Source of the DNA: Auanema rhodensis
Taxonomy: Eukaryota > Animalia > Nematoda
Direction of reading: 5' to 3'
NCBI GenBank assembly: GCA_964057225.1
Contig: OZ059900.1
Location: 14,136,001 to 14,200,000, forward strand
DNA length: 64,000 bases
Part shown: positions 11,583-27,845 of the stretch, in pieces
How the letters are laid out: each line of letters starts with the position of its first letter
Numbering within the stretch: the first letter of the stretch is position 1
Program-made: the position numbers and the translations under genes
Notes under the pieces: model-generated
Database searches by the model: none
Told to the model about the DNA's origin: nothing
What the model saw: only the letters and a program-made list of their open reading frames with translations

Positions 11583-14500
11583 TTATGCATAGTCATAATC
11601 TGGATCTGGTATAGCCGTAAAATTAATAGGAGTTAGTTTGTTAATAACTTTTGTTTCTGCTGGAAAACTAGCAAGAGCCTAAATATGATATAGTTAGCAG
11701 AAACAATATTAAATCCTATGTTTATGTTACCTTTTTCTCTTTTGTTAAGAAAAGACGTTGAGCATCTCTTGACTTAACAACTTTGGTTTCATTAAGAACA
11801 AAAAGAAACAACTGTAAAAACATTATTATACAAGTTGTACTTTTTTCTAACCTTCTTTTTCTCTTCAAAATTTTTTTCAATGGGATTGTTTTGATACAGT
11901 GGATTAAATTCAAGTCTCAGCTTCGTAGCCGGTCGTTTTCCACTTTCAGCTGAAATTTCGTTCCCATTCATTTTTGAATTACGATTTTTTTTCCCACAAT
12001 CTAAGAATCTATCATGCATCCTAGATGCAAACCGCATTAATCTTCTAGTTATACCAGATTTCGAATCTTCTATAGCCCGATAATTTTTTTTCTTCAAACT
12101 GAAAACTCTCGTAAAATATTTTAACTCAATATATGTTTTACCGGGCAAGTAAATCATATTGTAAACTGCCCGATATTATTCCTTTATCAACATTACTCGA
12201 CAGATGAGAACAGTATTGATCTAATAGTTTTCGTTTAACGAGACGGGGACCGTATTTTTTTATAAAAATCCGCTAAAATTGAACAATGCATGTTTTTGCG
12301 CCCTTTGTAGATCACCTACGTGTATCATATAATACCCTAATTGGATAAAAATTTTTCGTCCTAGAAGTAGTATGAACTGATTCCAGTACGACATATATTC
12401 TTTAGTTTGTTCATCAACATCCATAAAATCTAGTACTTGCTGAAACAAACTACCTTACAATTATAGTTTAACCTTTAGCTTAGAACTTCGTTAATATATC
12501 GAACAGTATCCTCGTATGCAGGTTGTGGTGTTTGATTTGGATGAATATCATCCTTTCCGTACGTTCTTAATGCCAATCCCGTTTGTGGGTGTATATATCT
12601 CGTGTAACTAAAGGATTTTATCGAAAAATCGTCAGTACTTCATTTTGTCATGTCTCACACAGATTTTTGTTCGAAAATCATATCAGTAGATTTAAGTGAA
12701 TGTGTAAAAATAGTTAAATCCATTCTCATCTGCTTTCTTAATGTACGTCCATGCCATCTACAAACAATTCGTATAAATTGTTCACAATTTCAAAGTTTGA
12801 ACTTACGGAGTTACGAGAAAATATGGATACGGTTGGGTTGCCGTCTCTCCAACCGATACAGATCTCACTTCCATAACTTCATTGAAGTTCGGGTTGAGGC
12901 TGACATCAATTCTAGTTTCCATTTCAGAAGAATTCAATTCCTGAAAAATGAAATAAATTCCAATTGGAAAAATTGATACAAGTACTTTAGGCATGCCAAA
13001 TGTAAACGAGAGTCGTGGATAACTTAAATTATAGTGAAGCATAAGGAAAAATAATGTTGGATATTCTCTGAAAAAATACGATTATTCGAAGAAAATATTA
13101 ATAAACAAAGTAACCTTTTACATATAATACAACAGTTTGGAGATTCAGTTTGAACGACTGTAACCCAGTTGGGTTTTTCCATTTTGTGAAGTTCAGTAAT
13201 GCTAACTTTCTGAAACATTACTTTTGCCAATTTATAACGAAAACGCACTAACTTCTGGATTTTTAAAAGACCTTGCTTGATCTGCGGTTAACTTTTTGGT
13301 TGTTTCAGCGCTCAATCCAATAATCCGATAACTAAAATTTTAAAATTAAAAAATTGATCTAAGGTAGCATTCTTACTATAAAGCGTTGGGAAACTTAATA
13401 GGAAAAAGCCTATGCAGGATCGATCGAATATCTCTTCTGTTAAGAGCATCTCGGTTGTAATCTTAAAAGTTTGCTATATGAAAATAACTTAAAACACAAC
13501 GTACAATCTTCCAGAATTTTTCTAGCATTTACATATTTACCTCGTTGATTAGGATATTTTCCAAGATAATCATCAATATTCATACGGATTGGGCCATTAT
13601 CAGTTCGCAGACGCTTCGCTGATTTAGCTGAATGTACATTATAAAACCAATTTGGGATGAAAAATCAAACATTTTGTTTCTCTGATGACTGATGCTTTAA
13701 TAATTCGTCGCCTTGACCGGCGAAGAGTAGGTTCAGCACCATCTTCAGGTTCATCAACCTTTAAAATAGATTCAGCTGATTTCAACATTGAAGTCGATGC
13801 TGTCGAATATTCATCTACAGGACTAATACTGCCGCTATCTGCCACATATTTTATATCCTCATTTCGATTTCCGCAAGTACAAGGTTGACCAGAATTTTGT
13901 GAACAATTTGGAGCACCACATGTTTCCATTGGAGATCTAAAAAATAAAGTATAGACAATTTTACAATGTAAGAAGGATACATTTTCATATCAGAAAACAA
14001 ACCATCAACAGTAAGAATATTTCGACTCAGCATTAATAAAATTACAGGATTTCTGTACGAACTCTAAAGTGGAATATTTATGAAATTCTTTAATGAACAA
14101 GACAAACTTTTTCCTTATATTCAATATTTTCAAAAAATCCAGTTTCTTCCATTTGAAATTTAAGTTCTGTTTCTTCACTAAAATAAAGGAAAATATGGTG
14201 AAAATGGACGTTTCTTACATTAAAAGCATATTAAAGTTTCCAGTATAGTATTGTTTTGTATCTCTTTCAGGAAAATATATTTGACGGAATCCATAAAAAC
14301 ATTGCTGAACAGAATTATAAAAGTTTCTTTTATTAATCTAAGTTCAATTACCTTAGCTGAAACATCTTCTTCAGGTTTCTTTTGTGGTGATTCTTCAGCT
14401 TCTGGTAAGGTTGTTGATAAAACTTTAACAACTATACTGGCTCCTGCTATTCCTGCAGGCAAATTTCTTGGGTTCGGTATATCAATAACTTCATCTCCAG

Positions 14501-15762
14501 GGTCAGGAAAAATACGTGAAACTCTAGCTTCTGGGATCATTTCCTTAATTTTTCTGATTAAAACTTATTAAACTGATTTTATTACAATAATGTGTGATCC
14601 ATCGCTATTGAGATAAGCCATATAAAATTCAATAGTAGCAAAAACTCTTTTCACTTTTTTTTGAAATGACAAGTTCCTATAATTATCATAAAACAATATA
14701 AGCAGATATAGCATTTTTGAAAACCTTAGTTTGATAGACCAATATAAAACTGCTTCAACTGCAACTTCTTCTTTCACTTTATGTGTATGAACTGATTCTT
14801 GATCTTGTGAGCTGCTTCTTAAAGAGCTTTCTCTTCTAGATCGCGTTTCATTTTCAGCCATCTCTAGATAATAATCCGGTTGCCGAGGAGGAACAGGCTT
14901 AAACGAAAAATTACTTTGAAAAAAAAATTAACTGACCATGTTACGTATGGCTAAGTATTTTCTATATGCTCTATCATTTGCTGCTGCTTCCGGTCCTAAT
15001 ATATTTATTAGAGCTAACGTAGCGATACCAAATCCAAAGTCCAAGTCAGGAAAATGTTCTTGAATCTGAATGAATATAAATAATAACTAGAAAATTACAA
15101 AAAAAATTACATATAATTGAGTTTCCGGTAACTCCTTTAAAGTTGATACTATATCTTCTAGTCTAGCTTTTTTTGATGATACATTTAAACAGCGACTTGA
15201 ACGTGGTTTATGCACAAATGCTAACGGTGGCTCATCCTGCCCAAGAACAAAGTCTTTTATGTTCTAAATATAAAAGTTATATATAATTAACTGATCAATC
15301 TAACTTTTCGACGACATTCAGTCATAAATAATAAATTCTTATTTAGATAAATAGGAGAATGCCCTCCACTGGCTCTATTACGAACAGATAAATATTTATA
15401 AACACGCAATGAAGCTAAAAATAGGCTATAAAAATATTAAATTTGAATCTCACTAACCAAAAACTTGTTGACGATATTCAGTTTCCGAAAAAACGTTTGG
15501 TGATAAATCTTCCAACGGCTAAAATAAACATTTAAATTAAAAAGAAAACAAAAATCTTACAGTTGGCGATTTAGCTTTTCTTTTTCTTATCATTCTTTTA
15601 CTAGTTGCCACTTCTATAGATTCTGCAGGAGTATGAGATTTGGGTCTAGGTATACAGACTGTATCATCAGCTTCTTCTTCCTGAGAAGAATTAATTATGC
15701 GTTTAATAAAGTAACCGTGTATGTACCGAAGATGACAGTTCTGTACGTTCCTCATTCCACAT
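11583..15762 (-). CDS. Large uncharacterised multi-exon protein with Cys-rich patches
   Basis: Run of minus-strand exons with GT..AG introns from MWNEERTELSSS to ...PDPDYDYA*. Contains CGAPNCSQNSGQPCTC and CCIICK. No family recognised; it could be more than one gene. Confidence 0.5.
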
Positions 15763-16241
15763 CCCAAAAAAATTGTGATGTTTCTACAAAATATTTTCTA
15801 GAGTTATGAAAGTTAAATTGGATGAAAAAAAAATACAAAAAATTCAAAAATACTATATAATAACAAATTTTGTTTTTCCCGGCACATTAGCGCACCACTC
15901 GTCCTAAATATTGAACGCTATCGACTGCGCGTGGTAATCTATACGCATCTGCTGTTCGCGCGCAATACTTAATTTGCGTACATTTCCAGAAAAAAAAGAA
16001 AAATATTTTTGATAATCTTCATACATTGGATTTACAAACAATAGAATTGACACTTTATTATTTTTTTTTATAAATCACAATCAATTTAATAAAGGCGAAT
16101 GGAGACACCTTTCAGAAATATATGACACATTTTGAAAATAATTGAAAGATCTGACACATTTGAGCGTAGCAGGACACAAATTTGAACATTGACGAAAAGT
16201 TTTGAAATAATACTTTAAGCATATTATCTAATTATTTGTTC

Positions 16242-19200
16242 TTATGTTTGAACAGGATGTAACTTGGGTCGCACAGGTTGAAATATGGACTGTTTGAGAT
16301 TGCGGTTATTTTTTTCAACACCATTTGCTTGAAATGATGCAGTATATGATGAAGCTATCGGTGCCATCCAACTGAAAAAATAATTCTTTCTTTAATTAAA
16401 AATCTCATACAAATATAAATATTAAGAACAGTATTTTACCTAGCTGCCTTCTTGCCCTGTTGCATGCATATGTCATTAGAAATGCTAGATATCACGGTTG
16501 GTAGCCATGAACACAAATTTCTAAGAGTTTGATCATATATAAAATTAATAGATGCCGAGGTTGTTTGATTCTGTATATTCAAGGTATTTTGCCGATTCTG
16601 GCCTGTTTCTTGCTGAAATAAATTGAATTCATATTGAAATTTCAACAAGGATAAACATTTTGAGTGATATGTTTAGACATTGATGGAAGAGTAGATGACT
16701 GCGACATTTGTGCACGAAGCCACCATGGCTGAGCTGTTGTTGATGACATTAGAGGCCACCATCGCGGGATTTTTGAGCTTTTAATATTGTTTGGCACTAA
16801 TAAAAATAGAATAATAAATTAATGGAAAAAATCAAACCTTGTACTGAAGTTGGATTAGGAGAGGTTGTAGCAGTAGCGGTAGATGCAGGCAACGTCGTTG
16901 TTGATGCTGTCTCAATAATTTTCTTCTCTGCTACAGTAGCAACTCCGATAGAAGGTGTGAGAGTGGAAAAATTACGATTTATTTTTGAAGCCGTTGTTGT
17001 TGCTTCTTGTTTTGATAGAAAAGATGAAGCTGTGTGTTGTACTTTAGATTTCATATTTTGAGTAGCAGCGAATTTTGGAGTAGAAGCATAGGGAACCTGA
17101 AAACTTTTTTTAACTATTGCAACATTTTTTTGATTATCACACCTTCTTTCCTTCTTTTCGTTGGCTGTTGTAAAGATTGACTTGGAATCCTGAGGCTAAT
17201 CCCAATTCTTCTTTTGAATAAAATCTATAAAGAGAAATTTTTATTCTGGAAATAAAAATTCTGTAACCTATTGTGGAAACCAAATGGAATAGAGATAGGA
17301 ACGTAAGCCCTTCCTATTTCTTTCATGGTTTCTGCAGAAATCACTAACAAAACTCCTTTGTTCTCTGTTGTATCCAAAGCACGAATCAGTAGAACACCAT
17401 CATCTTCACTGCGACTATTTGGGCTAGGAACAAACCACGGCTCGTGTAAAATGAAAGATGATTCAGCTTTGAATTCCTTGTTTCGGCTTCCGCTAGGATC
17501 ATCAACATTGAGCTAAACAGTATAATTCAAAGAAGAGATGACGAAAAACTGAATACTTTAACAATTTTGTTGTCAGAAGCATAGGGATGCTCAACAATGT
17601 ATGTCCATTGGTACGGTTTCTGCTCGTAAGCTCTATTGATCTGTGGAAAATCTCCAGGAATAGTTTCCTAAAAGTGAAATATATCATGCAAATGAGAAAT
17701 TAGCTACTTAAATAGTATATTAGTCAATGTTTACCTGAGGTGTCAAATAATTATACATAACACGATGTTGGGAAGCATCGAGTGTAAACCGTAAAATTCG
17801 AGCCGTTGCAGGATAGAGATTATTCATCAAAAAGTCTGTGTAGAAATACTTCATGTATGGATCCGGTGAATCATACACAACCTTGAAAAGAAAAACAGAT
17901 TTGTTTTTTTAAATTTGTTTTACCATATCCGCAACGATATTTCCGTCTGGTTTCTCAAATGCATTAATTTGATGTGTTACAAACATGGAAGGAAAAACTT
18001 CTAGAGGTTTTTGAGTAACAAAAGTATTGGTTTTTTTATTGAAAATGAGAAAACGAATAGGGACCATATCGTGGAAATCCATTCCCCATAGTCCACCAGA
18101 TTGCACTGCTGATCTTATATTTGTCATAGGTGGTTCCTATAACAAAAATAAAATATCTGCCGTTGTGAAAGTTTGTTTTCAATACCTTGAACTTGCATGG
18201 ATTTATTAATAAAGAAGTTATTGGAATAATAACAAAGTTTTCGGTAGAGGTGATAGAATGTATGTATCCCGGCAATAACGTTTTGTCACCTAGAAGGAAG
18301 AAGTAATGCGGTAAATGTAAACAAAGCAATTTTCTTTGTCGTAAAGCATAAAAACATAAAATTATTTGTGAGCACAATTTAACACCGTGAAAAGATCATT
18401 TTTGCAAATAAAGGTAAGGGTGTGACACGCTTGCTCTGGGTCACTCACAAATATCACAAAGTTTAATACCTTAAGTCAACTTTTAGGAACACTAGTTACG
18501 TTCTCATTTCTATTTGCTTACCAGTAGTGCCCAGACTACTTTAAGAAAACAAGTTGTCAATTATCACTCATCAGATAAAACATTTGTGGCGCTCACCAAC
18601 AAATTTTAAATTATAATTACCTATGTATTCATCATTAGTTCCGCAAGAATTGGTGTCCCAAACTCCATAATCGTACATTCCCACTACTTTTCGAACACCA
18701 TTTTTATCAACAGTGAAGATTCCCTAAAACATTTAATTAATTAAATAATTAGAAGAGTTAAAAAAACAAAAAGTTTTTTAAAATAGTCGAAAGATTTGGA
18801 AAATTTTATTCTTAATACCTGATAAAATCGTTGCTCTTCAAAGTTCATGGCAGAAAAAGATCCCCAGATTGTTCCGTTGGAATCATTCCGTTCATGAATT
18901 GCCATAGAAATAGGAATCATTGGTGAGTTCTTTGATTGGAAAACATTATTGTCTTCAGTGAAATTGAATAATTTGAAATTGCTTAATGACTTCACCTAAG
19001 ATATATTGTTTTAAAAAAACGACTTGTTAATATATATTTTACATCAAACTCATAGCCAACCCAATGAGGAGCTTCGGTTCCAGCAACAATTCTATTACCA
19101 ACTTTCCAAAAATCAAGGTTTGGATGAAATCGAGCCGTATTAGGATTTGCAGGTACCTACATAAACAAAAACATGAAAAAGTCATCACTATTCCATCATG

Positions 19201-19654
19201 CCTGTTCCCAACGTGTCATAGCTGTTAAATTATAATCTGACCAACCAGCCCAAGGTACAGATGCTAGTGACATATTTCGATCATAGAACTCCCATATTTT
19301 GTATGGAAGGGACGGATAATATTGAGATGAAAAAATAACTTCGCCATTTCGTATATGGAATGATCCAATGGCGCCAATAGCATCTATCATATGTGTTAAT
19401 TTTTCTCCAGGAGCTGCATTCTTGTCCCCATAAGATGCAGACAACTGACACATAAAATATCCATCTACATATTAAATATATATTAATTTCAAACAATGGA
19501 AGAAAAAACCTAAAAACTTGGGAATATTTTTGCTTGGACAGTAGAGCTCTTTGTATTTATCTCCATCCCAAGCTTCAGGAAAGCCAAGATATGTTTTTGA
19601 AAAAGATTGTCCCAAAACGAATGGTAGATAAAAAACAAAGATCCAAATCTTCAT
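16242..19654 (-). CDS. Carotenoid cleavage oxygenase (RPE65/BCO family) with signal peptide and S/T-rich C-terminal extension
   Basis: Starts MKIWIFVFYLPFVLG after a TTTCAG acceptor. Motifs THMIDAIG, MAIHER, YIHSITSTENF, FVTHQINAFE, FLHEPWFVPSPNSRSEDDGVLL and IPFGFH cover the four Fe-ligand His positions. Confidence 0.85.
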
Positions 19655-21225
19655 CTGAAAAAAAGGAATAAGAAAATTGAATTCAGGAATATGAAGATGT
19701 TTTTTCTGCACACACTGCAGAGAAGTACATTTTAAAAATATATAGTGAAAGAAAAAATGAATATCACAGAAGAGCAGACCAACGACCGCTGACCAAGTAG
19801 TATTCATTCTACATTTGTTGAAGTCTCAAAGAAAAGTAGGAGGAGTAACTTATTTTATCCGCTTACGATTTTCCTTGTATGCATAGACGCTGCGTGCTCA
19901 GATTAAAATTTGCGAATTTTGGTTTAGATCGTGTGCAGTATTAGGCACAAGGCGTATCCCGTTCTACAAACTTTGTTAAATAAGTTGTACGCTTTAGAAA
20001 TCTACAGTGTTGTAAGCTAAAAAATAGAAAAAAAAGATATTAATCTTTGATTCTTTTTACTGATTCTATTCAAATTCCAGTATTTGATTCAATGAAAATT
20101 TAATGAATGTTTTCAACATAATTATTTTTCATATGAGAGAAAAATTCGAATGTTTCATATGTAAACAAATATATTATTTTTTAATAAAAATAATTTTTCA
20201 TATTTTCCTAATAAGAAGAAGGTATCTACAGTTAGGTCTTTTATAAACTTATTCATTCAAACCGTAAACCATGGTTTGTGTTCAAAGTAGCGAGCCGAAA
20301 TACAAACATTTCCGTTTACACTTTTCCTCATTTCGTACCCTATTCCGCCAGATTTCATTTCTTTCTTCAAACTAACTGCTCACGTTCTATATAATATGAA
20401 AAACAAACAAAGAAATAATAAAGAGTACCGATGCTTACGGAGTGACCAAGTTGTGTCGCGTGCTGAAGTAAAAAAAAGAAAATAGCGAATTGACAAAAAG
20501 GGAAACTGTACAATAACTTGCTTTTTTCAAGTATTCAGTTTTAATCCTGATTAATTATTGTATTTTTCAAATTGATCCTTTTTTTGTGAAATATTCGCTG
20601 GACATATTTTGTTTTTGGTGAAAATATTCAGCAAAACGTTGAAGAAATATTTTGAAAATTAAATATTCTCAGATATTATGCGTTTATTGTGAGAATAAAG
20701 TGCGTTTGACAATGCACTTTGTTTTTTTTTTTGTGAAGAAGATTCCTTAAATGAAGTTGTGTGAAATTATCTATTTGCTTTTCTTTAAATCCTTTTGTGG
20801 ATTAAGTTATGCTAATTTGCACGATGAGACTATCGAAAAAAGATTTCTACTTCTATACAATAAAGTTATTTTTCACAATAGTAGTTTGGTGCCAATTGTT
20901 TCTATTAGTACTCTTTTGTCATATCCTTTATTGAATTTTGGCTATTTATTCACCTCGTACTCAATTATTCTTTAGAATTTACAGCTCCAAGATAGAAGTC
21001 AACAAAAGGTTGGGAGTTTTAGTAAATATAGCATTAAGTAATCTATTCGACATATTTTTGTCATTTTTTTTTGTTTATGAAACCAAAACTACAATACTTT
21101 TTTTTAACAAAGAATGTATTAAGAACAATTTATTAAAAAAATATTCTTTTAAAGTTATTTAACATATTTTTGAGAAGAACTGCAGACATAGAAGACAATG
21201 CTCTAATGTAAAGCTTCCAGGATGA

Positions 21226-22296
21226 TTATTCATTGTATTCCAGAAAATCTACAAGGCTTCTTTTTCCAAAACTGCAAAAATGACGTAAGCCCAACTTAAT
21301 ATGTCTTAGTAAGAAACTTACCGAACCATACTGGATCGATCAAGTGGAGCACGTTTGCTGAAAATTGAAATTAAGAGTCCTATGTTTCAAAGTATATTAA
21401 TTTTGGAAAAATTATGTGAAGTATAAAAAGATCAATATTTCAATGTTTGTGAGTTATTTCTTTTTTTTAATAAAACTTACAAATACGGGTTAAAAGAATT
21501 TTCACCAGACAGTCGTTTGCCAAATCTAAAAGTAATGTTATAGTTTTTATATGATTTTACATAATGCATTCATATTTGAATTATGTTACAATTTGCTTTT
21601 TTCTTCATAAAAATGAAAATATTCTAATTAATCAATGTTATAATGCTTTTTTTCATGTATTATATATATTTATATGTAAACTTGCCGAATCATAGCAGAT
21701 CTGTCCATAGGTGCTCGTTTTCCAAAACGCACCATACTCGAACGATCCAATGGATCTTTTAGATATCTTAATTCAGTAGATGAGAATTTTATTGAAAAAG
21801 TAGGCAATAGTTTAGTCTTACTCCGTGTGATTATTTGATAAATGGCAAAAGAAAAAAATTAAAATAAGAAAAACCTTTTAATTCTTTATATCATATATTA
21901 TTATAAAGTTCTTATTCAAAAGATGAAGTTTGTTCTTCATTTTAATTTATTTCATATAACCAAATTATTTCTCGTTTTCAAATGTAAAAGTGGACATAAA
22001 ACTGACTGGTGTATTAGTTTCATAAATTAATGTTGAGTAGGAGTATAAGTTTTAATGGCTATTTTAATATTCATAAGTGTTTCATGCTACTTTGAATGAA
22101 GTGGCTAAGAAAATTATTTTATGAATATCTGGTGAGTGAAAAAAGTTCCTTAGTACAATTTTCATCGATGTAATGGAAATGTTCAAGTTTGAAATCTTTA
22201 AAAACTAGCTTACTCCTCAGCGGTTGCAGCAGAATTTGTGATTAATGCAAAAAGAATGATAAGTAATAAAATGGATGTTCTTTGGTGTGTTGCCAT
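21226..22296 (-). CDS. flp-7: FMRFamide-like neuropeptide precursor FLP-7
   Basis: Signal peptide MATHQRTSILLLIILFALITNSAA. Peptides DPLDRSSMVRFG-KR, APMDRSAMIRFG-KR and APLDRSSMVRFG-KR carry the FLP-7 signature PxxRSSMVRFamide. Confidence 0.9.
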
Positions 22297-22795
22297 TATG
22301 ATTTTAGCTAAAATACAACATATTAATCTGGTAAAAAAATTGTGAATGCATGTAAGAAAAGAAATGAAATTTGATTCAATGAATGACAAGAAATATGTAC
22401 CAAAGATCATTTAGAAAAGTTCATTAAATTTCAGAATACAAACGATCAGAATCAACATAATCACAAGGTTGGAAATGAGAAAAGTAAAAATCACGGAAAT
22501 GAGTCCATATGTTGATTGAATAAATGAAAGCTTTCGTCTCAAATTAATAGCTCTTTTCCTTGAATTTTGAAGTTTATCTCAACTAATGAAATTGAATTCA
22601 TCTATATAAATGTAACAATGTCAAATAAAAACACAAATTTTTAAGATTGGGTAAAAGAAACTAAAAATTAATTGAAAGTAAAAAGAATTGAAACATTGAA
22701 ACTTATAAAAAATTATATATCTGCATTTTGGGCGTTTTTCTGTCGTATAACTGAAATATTTGGCATTTCCGTATGGCGGCAGGCCCAGCCTTTTG

Positions 22796-24688
22796 TCACG
22801 AAGGCGGAGTTTTAACTGCCAGACTTTTGAACATGAACCATAATGAAGAAGGCAAGGGTGAAAAATTATGGAGATAATTCTTCATGTATTCCAGTATAAT
22901 AAAGGAAAGTAATATTAACCAAGGCAAATAAACATTCCTTAACAAAAAAATTTCTTTTATTATTGTTGGAATCATACTATCTTTCAACATTTTACATAAC
23001 AAAAAAGTTCTAATAGTGCTCTTAATAAAAATGCGAATTGGCTCATATGTATTCTCTAATATGCACAGAAATCTAAGAAAATTCCATGACGACAATTTCT
23101 CGATTATTAACATATTTTAATGGCCTGGTCACATTGAAATATGATCCTTAATATACATTACATTCTCGATAATTTCTGTATTTACTTCAATTCCTCATTT
23201 GTGTCACGGAATGTTTTGAAACAGATCTCCGCCATTTATTTTCGAAAAATTCATATCTTCATTGTATTTGAAGTGAGGGAAAAAGGCAATGTTATTATCT
23301 CACACATTTCTGTCAACATCACGAATTAAAATCATTTGACTAATTTATTAAGTCGGTTTTGGACATCAATCACATATAAATAAATATTTTTATAAATATA
23401 TATACATATGAATATTAGTCATTATCTATTTAGCCACCAAAGTTCCATGTATTGAACAATATGAAAAGGCATCAAAATTATCAAAATTTTCTGAATTTAT
23501 CCGATTTTCTTTAGAAATATATAGAACGTTGCGCGTAAGTGTTATAACCTTAATAAAAAAAGAATATAATGTCAAATGATTAATAAATTCATTTACCACA
23601 CAAATATCAAAATCAGACATATCGATTTCAAATTTTAAGGTTTTCTCTTCCGTAAACAATACATCAACATATTTTGAACTAAAATAAAACTGAATTAAGA
23701 TATGTTTGCCTATAGAGAATAATAACTCCTTGCCCAGAACAATTAGAGAAATTCCATCATAGGATGCAACAATTAAGCTATTATTCTCCCCCCACTAAAA
23801 AAAATAATAGCTGAATTAATTACCAATCAAACCTTTTGTTTTATGTTGTCCATTATAACCATAGGCTCATAGAATGGATGAGTTCGTTTCAGGATTTCAA
23901 GCGATAGCTTATCATAATGTAAAAGTGACGTTCTATCAAAAATATGAAATTCGTACAAAAAAACACTTACATATCACCACTCATGATGCCGTCATCAGCA
24001 TGAAGGCATCCATACTTAATTATAAATGTTTAATTAAGTGGAAAATTGAGTTACCATATGGGAAATTTCATGCAGTAGTTCTAAACATTTTTTTCGTCGC
24101 CCATGAAATAACCTTAAAGGAGTAATAAAATTCAAATAAAACACAACAGAGCCAGAGTGATGATAACTTTGACCAATATCCGTATGAAAAATAATCCATT
24201 TTCCGGGACAATTCTGACTAAAACAAACATGAATTCGAGAAAATGGAGGTAAACATACTGAACAGAATGCAAATCCGGGCTATCTTGTTCAGATTTAACT
24301 ATTAGCAAATTAATTCCAATATCCATTCTAATAAAGATCAAGCTCAGAAGAGAATTTGAATTTAAATTTTACGGTTTTTGTTGGATAAGTGAGTGTGGTT
24401 CCAGAAGATTAGCCATTATTGTAAGTGATTCACGGACTAAAAATTATACGCTGGTTATTCTCTAATTAGTGTATCGATTTCAACCTAGCTCTTCACAATA
24501 TTTTTTCAGAAAACTTTGATGTTCAGCAGCCCGAACATTCAGAACGAGTTTAAAGTTCAATTTGTAAGCACTCTGACTTTTATAGTTCGGTTTTTCATCT
24601 GTATATTGAAGAATCATAAGGGAAAATTAATTATTAGCAAACCAAATGCACAACTGTTATCCAAACATACACTTTTTTTTTGTTCCAT
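22796..24688 (-). CDS. Uncharacterised multi-exon protein with a possible BTB/POZ-like domain
   Basis: Spliced exons. The segment LIVASYDG...SKYVDVLFTEEKTLKFEIDMSDFDICVVNEFINHL resembles a BTB core. Boundaries are approximate. Confidence 0.4.
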
Positions 24689-25069
24689 CCAACGCAAGAA
24701 CACGAGATTTTCAACCTATTAAAGATTCATCATATGCTTTTCAAATAGACAAATATAACAAAAATAATATTGCGTATTAAAATATTTAAGCGATAACCAT
24801 TTTAATTGTTGTCTGTAAGCTGTTTACACAATTAACGCGGCTTAAGAATTCTTGTAAAACGAAAACTATTTTATTGTCTGAGTTACATAACTTAAAATAA
24901 TCTAATGACTTTGATTAAAAAATTGAATTGACTTTCTAATTTTTTTTTCATTTTATAATCAGTCACTCTGAAAAGAAAAGAGAGTGAAAGAAGGAATGTG
25001 GAAAAAATAATACACAAGTTGGCAAGACAACATATCTTGTTCAAGCAGAAAAAAATAAAATAAGATTAT

Positions 25070-27845
<2,776 letters not shown>

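Noticed and set aside
13685-17516. Plus-strand ORFs at 13685, 14251, 16822 and 17325 (similar cases at 25848, 35278 and 62050)
   Set aside because: They are antisense shadows of real minus-strand exons.
20751-21162. Hydrophobic F/L/I/K-rich ORFs in intergenic DNA (also 29927-30268, 37830, 45472, 53482, 55009, 58404)
   Set aside because: Composition typical of chance ORFs in AT-rich DNA, with no splice structure or motifs.
22778-22820. Minus-strand TAAAACTCCGCC resembling the start of a twister ribozyme
   Set aside because: The downstream conserved twister core (GUCCCAAGCCC-like loop and pseudoknot partners) is absent.
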